From Minisyncoccota bacterium (GTDB lineage: Bacteria > Patescibacteriota > Minisyncoccia > Phycocordibacterales > JAQTLZ01): DNA of 64,000 nt. Made by a program: the position numbers and the translations under genes. Shown one piece after another: positions 50,901 through 58,482 of this stretch (positions are counted from its first letter, which is position 1; every line of letters begins with the position of its first letter). The notes beneath the pieces were generated by a model. That model was not told the origin of the DNA. It made no database searches and saw only the letters and a program-made list of their open reading frames with translations. The DNA lies in assembly GCA_028714635.1 (NCBI GenBank), contig JAQTLZ010000001.1, positions 15,650-79,649 on the forward strand, written 5' to 3'.

Positions 50901-51362
50901 AGCAACTCGGGAACATTTTCTGCCGGAACGAGTATGGTCACCCTTAATGGAGCGGGCGCGCAGACAATGAGCGGGGCCAACACTTTTTACGGATTGGCGA
51001 TCACTGGCGGCGGCCGGACCGTCTCTTTTCAAAGCGGCGCGGCTCAGTCAATCGCGGCAAACGGCTCGCTGGCCCTGAGCGGCTCTGCCGGCCACCTGCT
51101 CACGCTCGCTCCGTTGACTCCCGCTTCCGAGTGGCAGCTTCACCTTGATGCCGCCGCCGCTCAAGCTGTTTCGTATGTTTCAGTTTCGTATTCAAATGCG
51201 GGCGGTTTTGCCGAGGTGAATGCCGCCAACGGGACAAACAGCGATGGCGGCAATACCACAAACTGGAATTTCGGCGCAATCATCAATCATGCGGCGCGGC
51301 TGAAGATTTGGAATGCCTCCCTGCGAATATCAGGCGGTTCCCGCTTGCGCATCACACGCTAA
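47970..51362 (+). CDS. Secreted protein with autotransporter-associated beta-strand (PATR) repeats, no beta-barrel
   Basis: Signal peptide; repeated GLTKxGxGTLTLxGxNTY/F; internal duplication at about 49200-49430 and 50540-50770. Confidence 0.85.
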   Translation: MKKLLLTLSLVSFIFLFSPRLAFAATKYWSGTGTWNAANTNWGTSPGGPYNAATFNTGDDAVFEGSAGTVTVSAPNHPNSITFNKTGYTLNSGTLTLDGPSIAVSSGAATINSSIAGSAGLAKSGGGTLTLSGNNSFTGGLTVKSGTLEGTGSVNAFGGSGTGAITLGDSSGSANATLSGGAGPFANPISVASGNTGAATIIRNGVGGNSTFSGAVTLNSHNLVLNPGGNALSMSGGFTGAGNLAFNSSFNSITIQTGSVNNTGTITQSGAGAVTVSGGVGANVTDIIQNGTASLTISTTALTVNSGGTTLTNTSSNGSLLTVSGGVNGTGNLIIKNNTGTANAVTLSTNSVNNTGAVTNSGAGSGGATISAVVGVNVTGVVQNSASSSLTLSGANTYTGPTTVSAGTLQAGVASVANVSGAFGKNSTVTMANVAGAALNITGFNTQIGSLTGGGAAGGNVTLGSATLTVGGDNTSPAAYAGVLSGAGGLTKIGAGTLTLTGINTYAGATTIAAGTLNANSTSALGSGGAANTLIFSGGALQASGAITSPGTRTLTLTSTGLIDTNGQSVSIAGVMSGAGGLTKSGAGTLTLSAANTFTGKTSITGGALSVTNNGNLGATPGSVTPDSITLNGGTLQFTGGTTGQTATLATNRGITLGSLGGTLKITYTVASGSFNALTDTPSFVYSGIIAGTSGGNLAIQGGAGTNNGSNPYLFKFNGASTYNGNTTIDNATLTYFNSGSAGDNRLPASTVLTIINNGAFNICGQASGTRTQTLAGLIGDSTAKVGGTNQVNPAVLALNPSASSFTWSGVIGVTTVVDKTGINSLQSVVKSGAGTEIFAGQNTYAGATNVNAGVLRAGVASVANVSGAFGNNSAVTLANAASAVLDLADFNTQIGSLTGGGGTGGNVTLGSATLTVGGDNTSPAAYAGVLSGAGSLAKIGTGAFSISNTVTLGGDFTISAGTVSANSSMMNVAGNWSNSGTFSAGTSMVTLNGAGAQTMSGANTFYGLAITGGGRTVSFQSGAAQSIAANGSLALSGSAGHLLTLAPLTPASEWQLHLDAAAAQAVSYVSVSYSNAGGFAEVNAANGTNSDGGNTTNWNFGAIINHAARLKIWNASLRISGGSRLRITR

Positions 51363-51434
51363 ATTCCCTCACACATAGCTGCTTTGTCTTGGCGGATTGC
51401 TCGTCCGCAAGCTGTGGCGGCGCGATAAAAGATA

Positions 51435-51461
51435 AAGCCCTTCTTTTTCAAAGAAGGGCTT
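51435..51461. terminator. Hairpin between convergent genes
   Basis: AAGCCCTTCTTT-TTC-AAAGAAGGGCTT. Confidence 0.7.
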
Positions 51462-51492
51462 GTGAAAGAACAAAAATACCAGTGAACGGTTG

Positions 51493-52386
51493 CTATTTTT
51501 CTTGTGCCGAAGGCTGAGACTGACCGGGGGTGTTGATGGTTTCCAGTTTGGCGGGTTGCGACAACGTGAGTTTCCCGGCCTCCGCCAAAAGCAAGTTGAC
51601 GGCATCGCACGTTCGCTTCAACACGTCCAGGCACGCCTGCATCGGCGCGATGTCCGCTGCTTCGGCATAGCGCTCAATATATTTGAAGCAGCCTCCGCGG
51701 TCGGATTCCTGCTCGAAGCCCAAAGCTTCAAGCAGGACCGCGCCGCCCAATTCGGCAACGGTCTCCGAGCGCCAGTGCTGGCCGCGTTCGATAAGGTGGC
51801 CGAGGCGGTCATCGGCGGCATGAATGAGCTCATGCGCCCATGTGGATAGATTTTTCACCCCAAGGGCGATCTGCTGGCCGCGAACGTACTTGCCCAGCGC
51901 CCCGCCCTCCTTCCCATTAAACGCTTCCACATTCAAACCCCATGCGCGGGCTACGTCGAGGAGCGGCAGAGAATTGATCCACTGTAACACTTCGGGGTCT
52001 GCGGGCGGGATTGCCGCCCCCTCCGTGACTTCGATGGCGAACACTGGCGCGGTTCTCACACCGAAGAGAACCGGCACTTCCTTTTCCTCGCCGGTTTCTT
52101 CATCCTTGACCTTGACGGCTTTGGTCATGGGCACGAGGATATCGAACGATTTTGCGCCTTTCTTCACCGTGCGTTCAACCGCGTTCCACTGCCTCATGCC
52201 GCGAGCATCGTTCGTATTGTTGAGGGCGCAGAGCAACTGATTGCCCCACGACCATGAGCGGCAGGGCACACAGTCTTTCCGGCGCACGAAGATGGGAGCG
52301 ATGGCTTTGGCGACATCGCCCCGCATGAATGCGTCCAGTATCTTTTGGGCGGTCTCTTCCGCCCGTCCGTAGTATTTCACGGACAC
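51493..52386 (-). CDS. ArdC-like ssDNA-binding anti-restriction protein
   Basis: WSWGNQLL...RQW...VKKG N-terminal domain; HELIH zincin motif; EtVAE. Confidence 0.8.
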   Translation of the reverse strand: MSVKYYGRAEETAQKILDAFMRGDVAKAIAPIFVRRKDCVPCRSWSWGNQLLCALNNTNDARGMRQWNAVERTVKKGAKSFDILVPMTKAVKVKDEETGEEKEVPVLFGVRTAPVFAIEVTEGAAIPPADPEVLQWINSLPLLDVARAWGLNVEAFNGKEGGALGKYVRGQQIALGVKNLSTWAHELIHAADDRLGHLIERGQHWRSETVAELGGAVLLEALGFEQESDRGGCFKYIERYAEAADIAPMQACLDVLKRTCDAVNLLLAEAGKLTLSQPAKLETINTPGQSQPSAQEK

Positions 52387-52467
52387 CTCCTTTCTATTGG
52401 GTGTTAAGTGTGTTGGGAAGAAAATGACCCCGGCGGGGTCATTGAACTGCAATAGAAAAGAACTGAG

Positions 52468-52770
52468 TCAATAATCCTCAGGCAGGAGCACCGTCGTATA
52501 CATGCGGTTCCACTCGGTGATGACATAGAACTTCGTGCGCTTCATCGAATGGTAAATCGAGACGATCCGCTCGCCGTTTACGAGCGCCCGTTTGTTGGCG
52601 CTGCGGTCCTCAGCATCCAGATCGCCCCAGTCTCCATAAGCATGGCGGCTGATGGCACGCAGGACTTCTTCCGGTGACAGCACGGCGTTTGCGGCGGCGG
52701 TGATGACGACTTGTCCGAGTTCAAGCGGCTCCGGCTGGGAAGCCGCACGATGTTGTTTGGCTACTGGCAT
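52468..52770 (-). CDS. Plasmid/ICE-type small hypothetical protein
   Basis: LGQVVIT...RH..GDWG...D..AN..AL...R..S.Y...ITE...TTVLLPEDY pattern; SD AAAGGAGG. Confidence 0.75.
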   Translation of the reverse strand: MPVAKQHRAASQPEPLELGQVVITAAANAVLSPEEVLRAISRHAYGDWGDLDAEDRSANKRALVNGERIVSIYHSMKRTKFYVITEWNRMYTTVLLPEDY

Positions 52771-52796
52771 GCGACCTCCTTTCGATGTGATGCCGC

Positions 52797-53852
52797 TCAC
52801 TGCAAGAGTTCAAGAATTTCGGTGGGGGAAAGCTGGTCGGGCTGCGGCCGTTCCGGCTTTAAGGCGACCGTCTGGACAAAAACCTTCGATGCCAGCTTAA
52901 CGAGCGCCTGCTCCTGGCCGGCTTGCCCGACTTTGCCGGCGTCGAGCATGAAGATAACTCTGCCATTCTTGCCAACCACCTGGGCAATCAAAGCGGCTTG
53001 CACGTCCGAAAGAAACCAGCCGGTGATGGCTACTACTCTGTGAATGCCGGCTTGCCATACTGTGAAGCATCCGAAATATCCTTCGACCACGACCAGCGGC
53101 GCACCCGGTTCCGCCTTGGCTGCGCGGTGCAGATTGAAGACTTCCACGTTCTTCCTGAATCCTTTGGGGAGCTTGTACTTCGGTGTGTCGTCCGACGGCG
53201 TGCCAGGAAAGCGTCCGGCATAACCGACAAGCTCGCCACCGATATTGTGAATCGGAATGACGATCCGCCCGGTCATGGTGCCTTTCTCACAGAAGCCGAG
53301 GCCAAACGTTTCAACGGTCTCTTTCGTGAGTCCGCGTTCTTGCAAATACGGATGCGCCGTGTTGAGATTCTTCAATGCAAATCCGAGCGGCTTGTTGGGC
53401 GCGTCGGATTCTTCCTGCTGCTTTGGTGTCTCCGCTGGCGGACTTGTTGGCTCCGGCTTTTCGACCGGCGGGCATGCTGGCTTCTGTGGTTCTGACGTGG
53501 CCGGTGCCTTCGGCGTATTCTCCGCGGGCTTTTTCCCCTTGGATGAATCGACCGAAAACCACTTCTGAATCAAGAGCGCGGCATTACGGATGTTCACGTT
53601 CTCTTTCTTTGCCACGAAATCCAGAATGTTGCCGCCTGCTTGGCATTCCCCGAAACAGTTGTAGCAGTTCTTCGCTACGCTCACTCGAAACTGCGTCGGG
53701 TTGTGTCCGCCATGCAGCGGACACGGGCCGTTCAACGTATCGCCGGTTCGCTTGAGGCTCGCCGTGATGCCGTAATGATCCAAAATCTGCAGGATCGTCA
53801 CGGACTGCTTGACCTGCTTGAAATCGACAAACTCTCCCTTGCCTTTTGGCAT
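52797..53852 (-). CDS. CHC2 zinc finger plus Toprim (DnaG-like) protein
   Basis: CPLH...CFGEC; RIVIPIH; YAGR; KY; VVEG. Confidence 0.85.
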   Translation of the reverse strand: MPKGKGEFVDFKQVKQSVTILQILDHYGITASLKRTGDTLNGPCPLHGGHNPTQFRVSVAKNCYNCFGECQAGGNILDFVAKKENVNIRNAALLIQKWFSVDSSKGKKPAENTPKAPATSEPQKPACPPVEKPEPTSPPAETPKQQEESDAPNKPLGFALKNLNTAHPYLQERGLTKETVETFGLGFCEKGTMTGRIVIPIHNIGGELVGYAGRFPGTPSDDTPKYKLPKGFRKNVEVFNLHRAAKAEPGAPLVVVEGYFGCFTVWQAGIHRVVAITGWFLSDVQAALIAQVVGKNGRVIFMLDAGKVGQAGQEQALVKLASKVFVQTVALKPERPQPDQLSPTEILELLQ

Positions 53853-53876
53853 GACTGTTCTCCTTTCTGTTGTGGG

Positions 53877-54611
53877 CTATTCGAATGGAAGTAAGAGCTG
53901 CACGGGCCAATTAGGAAATTCTATGAACTCCTTGCCGCGTGCAACTCGCCAGAACTGACCTAACGGCATTCTGAAGGTGCGCTCGATGATTTCTGCCGTG
54001 GCGCCGTGGTCCCGGATGAACTCGCTCTTGCTGTTGCGCATAGCGAGCGCCACAAGCGTCCGATGCTTCTTCAGTTTCTCTTTAAGGTACGCGCGTTGTT
54101 CCACGCGCCGGTTATATGGACTGGTACGACGATACAGGTAGAGGATGCGCTCGTGATCGCATGGCGTCTCAACATCAAGCGGACTCAAACCAATACAGCG
54201 CCCGAACGAATTCTTCGTTCCACTGCATGACACGCAGGTTCCCAGGTCAGAGACAGAAGCCGCGTGCTCAAATTCCAATGCGATTGGAGTATGCCTGTAG
54301 ATTTCCGTGACAGTCATTAACCGCCGTTCGATTGCCCGCTGCACGTCTGCGTTGGAAAACGCCGCTGCAATGCACTTTCGGGCCAGAGCGACTGTATTTT
54401 CGATTGCACTCCGTTCGCTCTGTGCAAACCAGCTTGGAGCGGAATAGAAGAGCAACTGCTTGGCGAGCGCGGGAACGTTGTTTTCAGCATATCCATTTCG
54501 TTCAAGCGCGCTCTTTATCATGCGAATGCGCAGCAATGCGCAGCGATAGCGGGCCAGGGTAATGAGCCGCTTGGCGCGCTCATGCTCCTCTCTTTCCTTG
54601 CGTGACTTCAT
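53877..54611 (-). CDS. Hypothetical protein
   Basis: Long basic ORF with SD GGAGG, co-oriented with its neighbours. Confidence 0.6.
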   Translation of the reverse strand: MKSRKEREEHERAKRLITLARYRCALLRIRMIKSALERNGYAENNVPALAKQLLFYSAPSWFAQSERSAIENTVALARKCIAAAFSNADVQRAIERRLMTVTEIYRHTPIALEFEHAASVSDLGTCVSCSGTKNSFGRCIGLSPLDVETPCDHERILYLYRRTSPYNRRVEQRAYLKEKLKKHRTLVALAMRNSKSEFIRDHGATAEIIERTFRMPLGQFWRVARGKEFIEFPNWPVQLLLPFE

Positions 54612-54743
54612 GCAATCCCTCCTTTGAATGCGGCGGTTGTCACGCGCCTTTTGCCGAAACTGAATTGTCAAATGAACTGAACTGAAAAAAGGGTAACATT
54701 GAAATCGTTTTTAATGTCAATGTTGGCACGCAATGCACAACAA

Positions 54744-55688
54744 CTATTGAATAATGTCCAGGAGCGTGGTGCTTTCCGATGCGCCATTGAGCAGTGGGGC
54801 GGTCAAAGTATTCTCCGAATTTAGAAACGATGTATCGGCAAAGAGGAAAAGCCGTGAGCCTTTGCCCTGGCTGAATTGCCGGTTCGCTTCGAGCAAGGTC
54901 TTGATGCGCGCCTGGCTTGTAGTCACGATCAAGACGCAAAAGCGCCTGATGTTGAAGTGGCGTTCGTGCAGCCCTTGTTTCCACGATTCCTGATACGCAA
55001 GCATTTTGCGAAAGAGGGAAGTTCGTTCAAAGCCTTCGCGCGCGACGGGCATCGTGGCCCGGTCGGCTTCCAAAAAGAAATATGCAGGGTTGTTTTGGTC
55101 CTGAAAGTGAAGTCCGAAAACCTTGTCCGGGTGGACGCCAAGCGACAGCGGAACGCCGTTGTAACTGCACCGCACATTCCATTTGAACGGGTTGTGCCTA
55201 TGTTTTGTTTCTTCGGGACATTGGGCAAGAATTTCTTCACTGTCGATGATCCGTACATTGGCGCGCTTGCTTCCCGTTTCCAATTTCAGCATTACTTCGG
55301 CAACCAGGAGCGTATGCTGCAAGAAAGGCCGCTTCGCCGAGTGGTTTTTGGCCTGCCAGTCGATCTTGCGGCGGGGGATTGAGAAGCGCGCGGACAGAAC
55401 ATCCGCGCCACGGTTTCCAAGAGCGTAGACCATTGTCTGATTGCCGTTCTGCCTATAGTAGTCGATCTGCGCGCGCGGGCGGTCAAGGAAGCGGGCGTGA
55501 TAGAGAAGCTGAAGGCGGCGCAAAATGTTCCGCGGACTGCCGCCGCAAAGCGCGGCGATTTGGTCGGAGCGTAGAAAGCGGTGCTTGTAGACCTGCTTGA
55601 TAATTTCCATGTCTCGCTCCGTAATATGAAAGGCGGGCGCTTCATGGGATCGCTCGAAACGCGGCCTGCGCGAAGATGCTTCAGTCAT
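54744..55688 (-). CDS. Replication-relaxation (Replic_Relax) family protein
   Basis: ITERD, RRL..L, HTL, PD and LEADRATM motifs. Confidence 0.85.
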   Translation of the reverse strand: MTEASSRRPRFERSHEAPAFHITERDMEIIKQVYKHRFLRSDQIAALCGGSPRNILRRLQLLYHARFLDRPRAQIDYYRQNGNQTMVYALGNRGADVLSARFSIPRRKIDWQAKNHSAKRPFLQHTLLVAEVMLKLETGSKRANVRIIDSEEILAQCPEETKHRHNPFKWNVRCSYNGVPLSLGVHPDKVFGLHFQDQNNPAYFFLEADRATMPVAREGFERTSLFRKMLAYQESWKQGLHERHFNIRRFCVLIVTTSQARIKTLLEANRQFSQGKGSRLFLFADTSFLNSENTLTAPLLNGASESTTLLDIIQ

Positions 55689-55736
55689 GGCGGAGGAATT
55701 ATACAAGCAAAAACAGCATGGCTATCTTCTCGCCGG

Positions 55737-56163
55737 TTACTTCATACCATTTTTGCTCCAGCGCTCGATTTTATCTTCAATCACTGCCCGTGGCATGGCG
55801 TAGCGCTCCCGCGAACGCCGAATCATGTTTTCCTTTTTGCCGTAGCGCGTGCCGGACGGGGGATAGGTCGTGGCGAGAAATGGCTCGCCGTGAACTCCGC
55901 CGTCAAGGATCTTCATGTACGTGTCATAGTTGTTCAAATCCATAAACTGAGTTGAGCGGAACGCGTTGCCGAATTCTTTTTCCAAAATCTCGGCGTCAGT
56001 GCTTCCAACCCGGAAAGAAATGATGCTGCCGACATTGCCAAGAATCGCCGTGCGGACTTCATTGGTAAGCTGGTCCATGTACTGGTGACTGAGCGTCAAA
56101 CAGAGCCGGTATTTGCGGGCCTCGGCAAGAATAGCCGCGAAACTATCCGTGGTGAAGTTGTGG
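55737..56163 (-). pseudogene. C-terminal fragment of a second VirD4/TraG-like protein
   Basis: HNFTTDSFAAILAEARKYRLCLTLSHQY...GNVG..ISFRVG..DAE. The gene breaks just downstream of the Walker B DEF, at the junction with the orphan gap tail. Confidence 0.85.
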
Positions 56164-56208
56164 TATACCCATTCTTTAATCTGGCATGTTTTGGAGATGG
56201 GACAATAG
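56164..56208 (+). pseudogene. Orphan gap 3' end, copy 2
   Basis: YTHSLIWHVLEMGQ*, against YTHTLVEHVVLAGK in gap; starts at the shared GGTATAC. Confidence 0.8.
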
Positions 56209-56381
56209 AAATTCGTGCAGGATGTGAAGGCGATGCAAAGCTTATCAACAGGAGTCGAACTTGTTGTCAGGCTTTGCATTGGAAATAAGGAGCTCCGCTT
56301 GTTTGTAATTACAATTTGATGTCACAGAACGTGATCTCATACGTTGTAATAATTATAAAGTGTGGTAATATAATAAATACT

Positions 56382-56576
56382 ATGATAATCAACTGGACAC
56401 ATTTGATTGAGAAATATAAGGGAATGTGGGTAGCTCTCAAGGATGACGAGACCTCTGTCGTCGCCAGCGGCAAGACCGCAAAAGAGGCATTCCAAGCTGC
56501 TCTCAAAAAGGGCTATTCTCACCCGCTCCTTACTCGCGTACCGGACAAACTGACCGCGTTTGTCGGTGCTCTCTAG
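56382..56576 (+). CDS. DUF5678-like small protein
   Basis: KYKGMWVAL...VVASGKTAKEA pattern. Confidence 0.75.
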   Translation: MIINWTHLIEKYKGMWVALKDDETSVVASGKTAKEAFQAALKKGYSHPLLTRVPDKLTAFVGAL

Positions 56577-56589
56577 TACCTGCTCTAAA

Positions 56590-57009
56590 ATGAAATTCTC
56601 GTACAAGAAGTTGGCGACGGGACACGTTCGCCCGATTATTCAGGTAGAGGTAAGTCATAACGGAGGGCAAGCAATCAACTACTTTGCGCTTATAGATTCT
56701 GGCGCTGATATTTGTATCTTTCACGCAGAAATCGCCGAATTGATTGGAATCGAAGATATTACAACTGGAAGAAAAGGAACTGTTGGAGGCATTACGCAAG
56801 GCGAACAGCAGGACTACTGGATACATCCGGTCAGCATCAATGTCGGCGGCTGGAAATATGATCTGGAAGTGGCCTTCATGCCGACACTGTCACGGTTGGG
56901 GTATGGTGTCTTTGGTCAGAAAGGATTTTTCGATTCGTTTGCGATAAAATTTCGAAAAGTGAAGGGGGAGATTGAACTGGTTGACGAAACACAAAAGACA
57001 AAGGAGTAA
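56590..57009 (+). CDS. Retropepsin-like aspartyl protease
   Basis: RPII.V, ALIDSGAD, G.FGQ.GFF. Confidence 0.8.
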   Translation: MKFSYKKLATGHVRPIIQVEVSHNGGQAINYFALIDSGADICIFHAEIAELIGIEDITTGRKGTVGGITQGEQQDYWIHPVSINVGGWKYDLEVAFMPTLSRLGYGVFGQKGFFDSFAIKFRKVKGEIELVDETQKTKE

Positions 57010-57207
57010 GCCTCGGGTTTATCGGCTTAAATCAAGACACACTGTTCCGGGACAGAATCCGGAGAAATGCGTCTTTCCTTTTCACTCGGAATGATATTAC
57101 ACGCTTGATAGTAGAGAGAATCTTGATATTTCCCGAAGATTGTTTCGTAACGAGTATCCTATCACAAATACTGTTGCAATGAAAATAGGTAATGCGGTAT
57201 AATTCTC

Positions 57208-57390
57208 CTTGTAGGAGTGTTATGGTGAACAGTCATTAGTAAGAGAAAAACCGATATTGTAAAAGTAAAAACTCTCGTTTTGAATCGGGGTATCAGGATA
57301 AAACCTTATACTCCTACAAGTTGAGGCGCATTCTTTCTACGAAATGAGTGTTCCTTGATACTCCGATTCAGGATAAGAGTTTTTTATTTT
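57208..57390 (+). ncRNA. Candidate structured RNA with two interleaved helices
   Basis: Promoter TTGCAA-N18-TATAAT (57174-57203). Helices pair 57208-57220 with 57308-57320 and 57267-57297 with 57354-57384. U-rich end. Confidence 0.5.
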
Positions 57391-57700
57391 GGGTGGATTT
57401 AAATAGCTCTAGCTAATTCAGCAAGCTCCAAAATAAAGCTCAAAAAAATAACAATGAAAACTTTCATTGTCGGCGGATGTATAGCACTTGAGTGCTGTAT
57501 TGATGCCCGAGGCCAGAGAATTTGCTGGCCACTGGGGAAGAAACAGAAAACGCCCCCACCTATTAAGGTTAAGAGCGTTTTCATTCAAACGTCAGTGAAA
57601 GCTTAAGCTTTCAACGCATTACATCTTTAGCGGGATGTAATGTGTTTTTATTATACCCTTCGGTACGGGCAGATACCATATCAAAAAAGTGGATAGAAAG

Positions 57701-57913
57701 TCAAACCTTTTCCTTCTTTATCCATACATAAACCCGTATACCACGAATCCAAATCCAGACTAAAATACATAACAACGCGACAAGAAACCACCAGATTTGC
57801 GCGGGGGTATCTGGACTACTTATTACAAGCCAAAGAAGACCAAGAAAAAATAACAGAATGAAGGTAAATGCAATTATACTCTTTCCTTTTCTGCCTACTA
57901 ACCAGAATAACAT
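57701..57913 (-). CDS. Small two-TM membrane protein
   Basis: Two hydrophobic helices. Confidence 0.5.
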   Translation of the reverse strand: MLFWLVGRKGKSIIAFTFILLFFLGLLWLVISSPDTPAQIWWFLVALLCILVWIWIRGIRVYVWIKKEKV

Positions 57914-57985
57914 ATTTGAATCATAGTTCTTTCTGTGTTTTCAATCAAGTGGATAAATCAATTATGCCGTAAAGGGAGACGTGTG

Positions 57986-58135
57986 TGCTAATCCTCAAGA
58001 AATCCACAGGTTCAACAGATTTGCTAATCCACAGCTTTATCATTTCCGCCGAACCTCCCTTCAAAAGTGATAAACCTCGCTTCAGAAATGATAAACCTAA
58101 TAAGAGAATTAAGTAGAGAATGAAGATGAGAAAGG
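57986..58135 (+). pseudogene. Decayed copy of the iteron region of the Rep-like gene (30589-30738)
   Basis: Shared blocks AATCCACAGGTT, AACCTCCCTTCA, TGATAAACCT (twice) and GAGAATGAAGATGAGAAAGG; frameshift and stop present. Confidence 0.85.
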
Positions 58136-58390
58136 AAATGAATTTGCAAACTTGGAAAGATTTGTTGGAGTCGCCCGCAGACGCCAGACATATTGACGAA
58201 CGTGTCCTGCGATTGTGTGCTGTCACTTTGTCTCTTGCCAAAAACTAAGACCAAGTAAATAATTCCAGCAGAGATAAATGTTCGTTGAAAAAAGAATATT
58301 CGCTCGTCTGCAAAGGTCACAATAAGAATTGCGAATTTTGTAGACAAGCGAGCGGAGGTAATTCAAACAACGCGGGATTTGTGTTAATCT

Positions 58391-58477
58391 AAAGCAATGG
58401 CAATATCAGCATGGCACCACAATGAAGTCGGGTATACGCACTCTCTTATTTGGCATGTGCTTGAGATGGGGAAGTAA
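58391..58477 (+). pseudogene. Orphan gap 3' end, copy 3
   Basis: AWHHNEVGYTHSLIWHVLEMGK*, against AWYDNEMGYTHTLVEHVVLAGK in gap; GGGTATACGCA is identical. Confidence 0.85.
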
Positions 58478-58482
58478 ATTTT

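Larger units (their letters stand above)
29513..56163. mobile_element. Composite genomic island (integrative/mobilisable element-like) at the 3' end of gap
   Basis: Visibly higher GC; recombinase, coupling-protein, relaxase-like, ArdC and primase-like genes; right border abuts an orphan gap tail. Confidence 0.8.

Noticed and set aside
36286-51032. Many long antisense or alternate-frame ORFs (e.g. 38296-39276, 47465-47935)
   Set aside because: They are shadows of GC-rich or repetitive genes on the opposite strand and show no motifs.
55737-56279. 180-aa ORF as a complete gene
   Set aside because: The first ~39 codons are antisense read-through of the orphan gap tail and its flank; only the VirD4 fragment is genuine.
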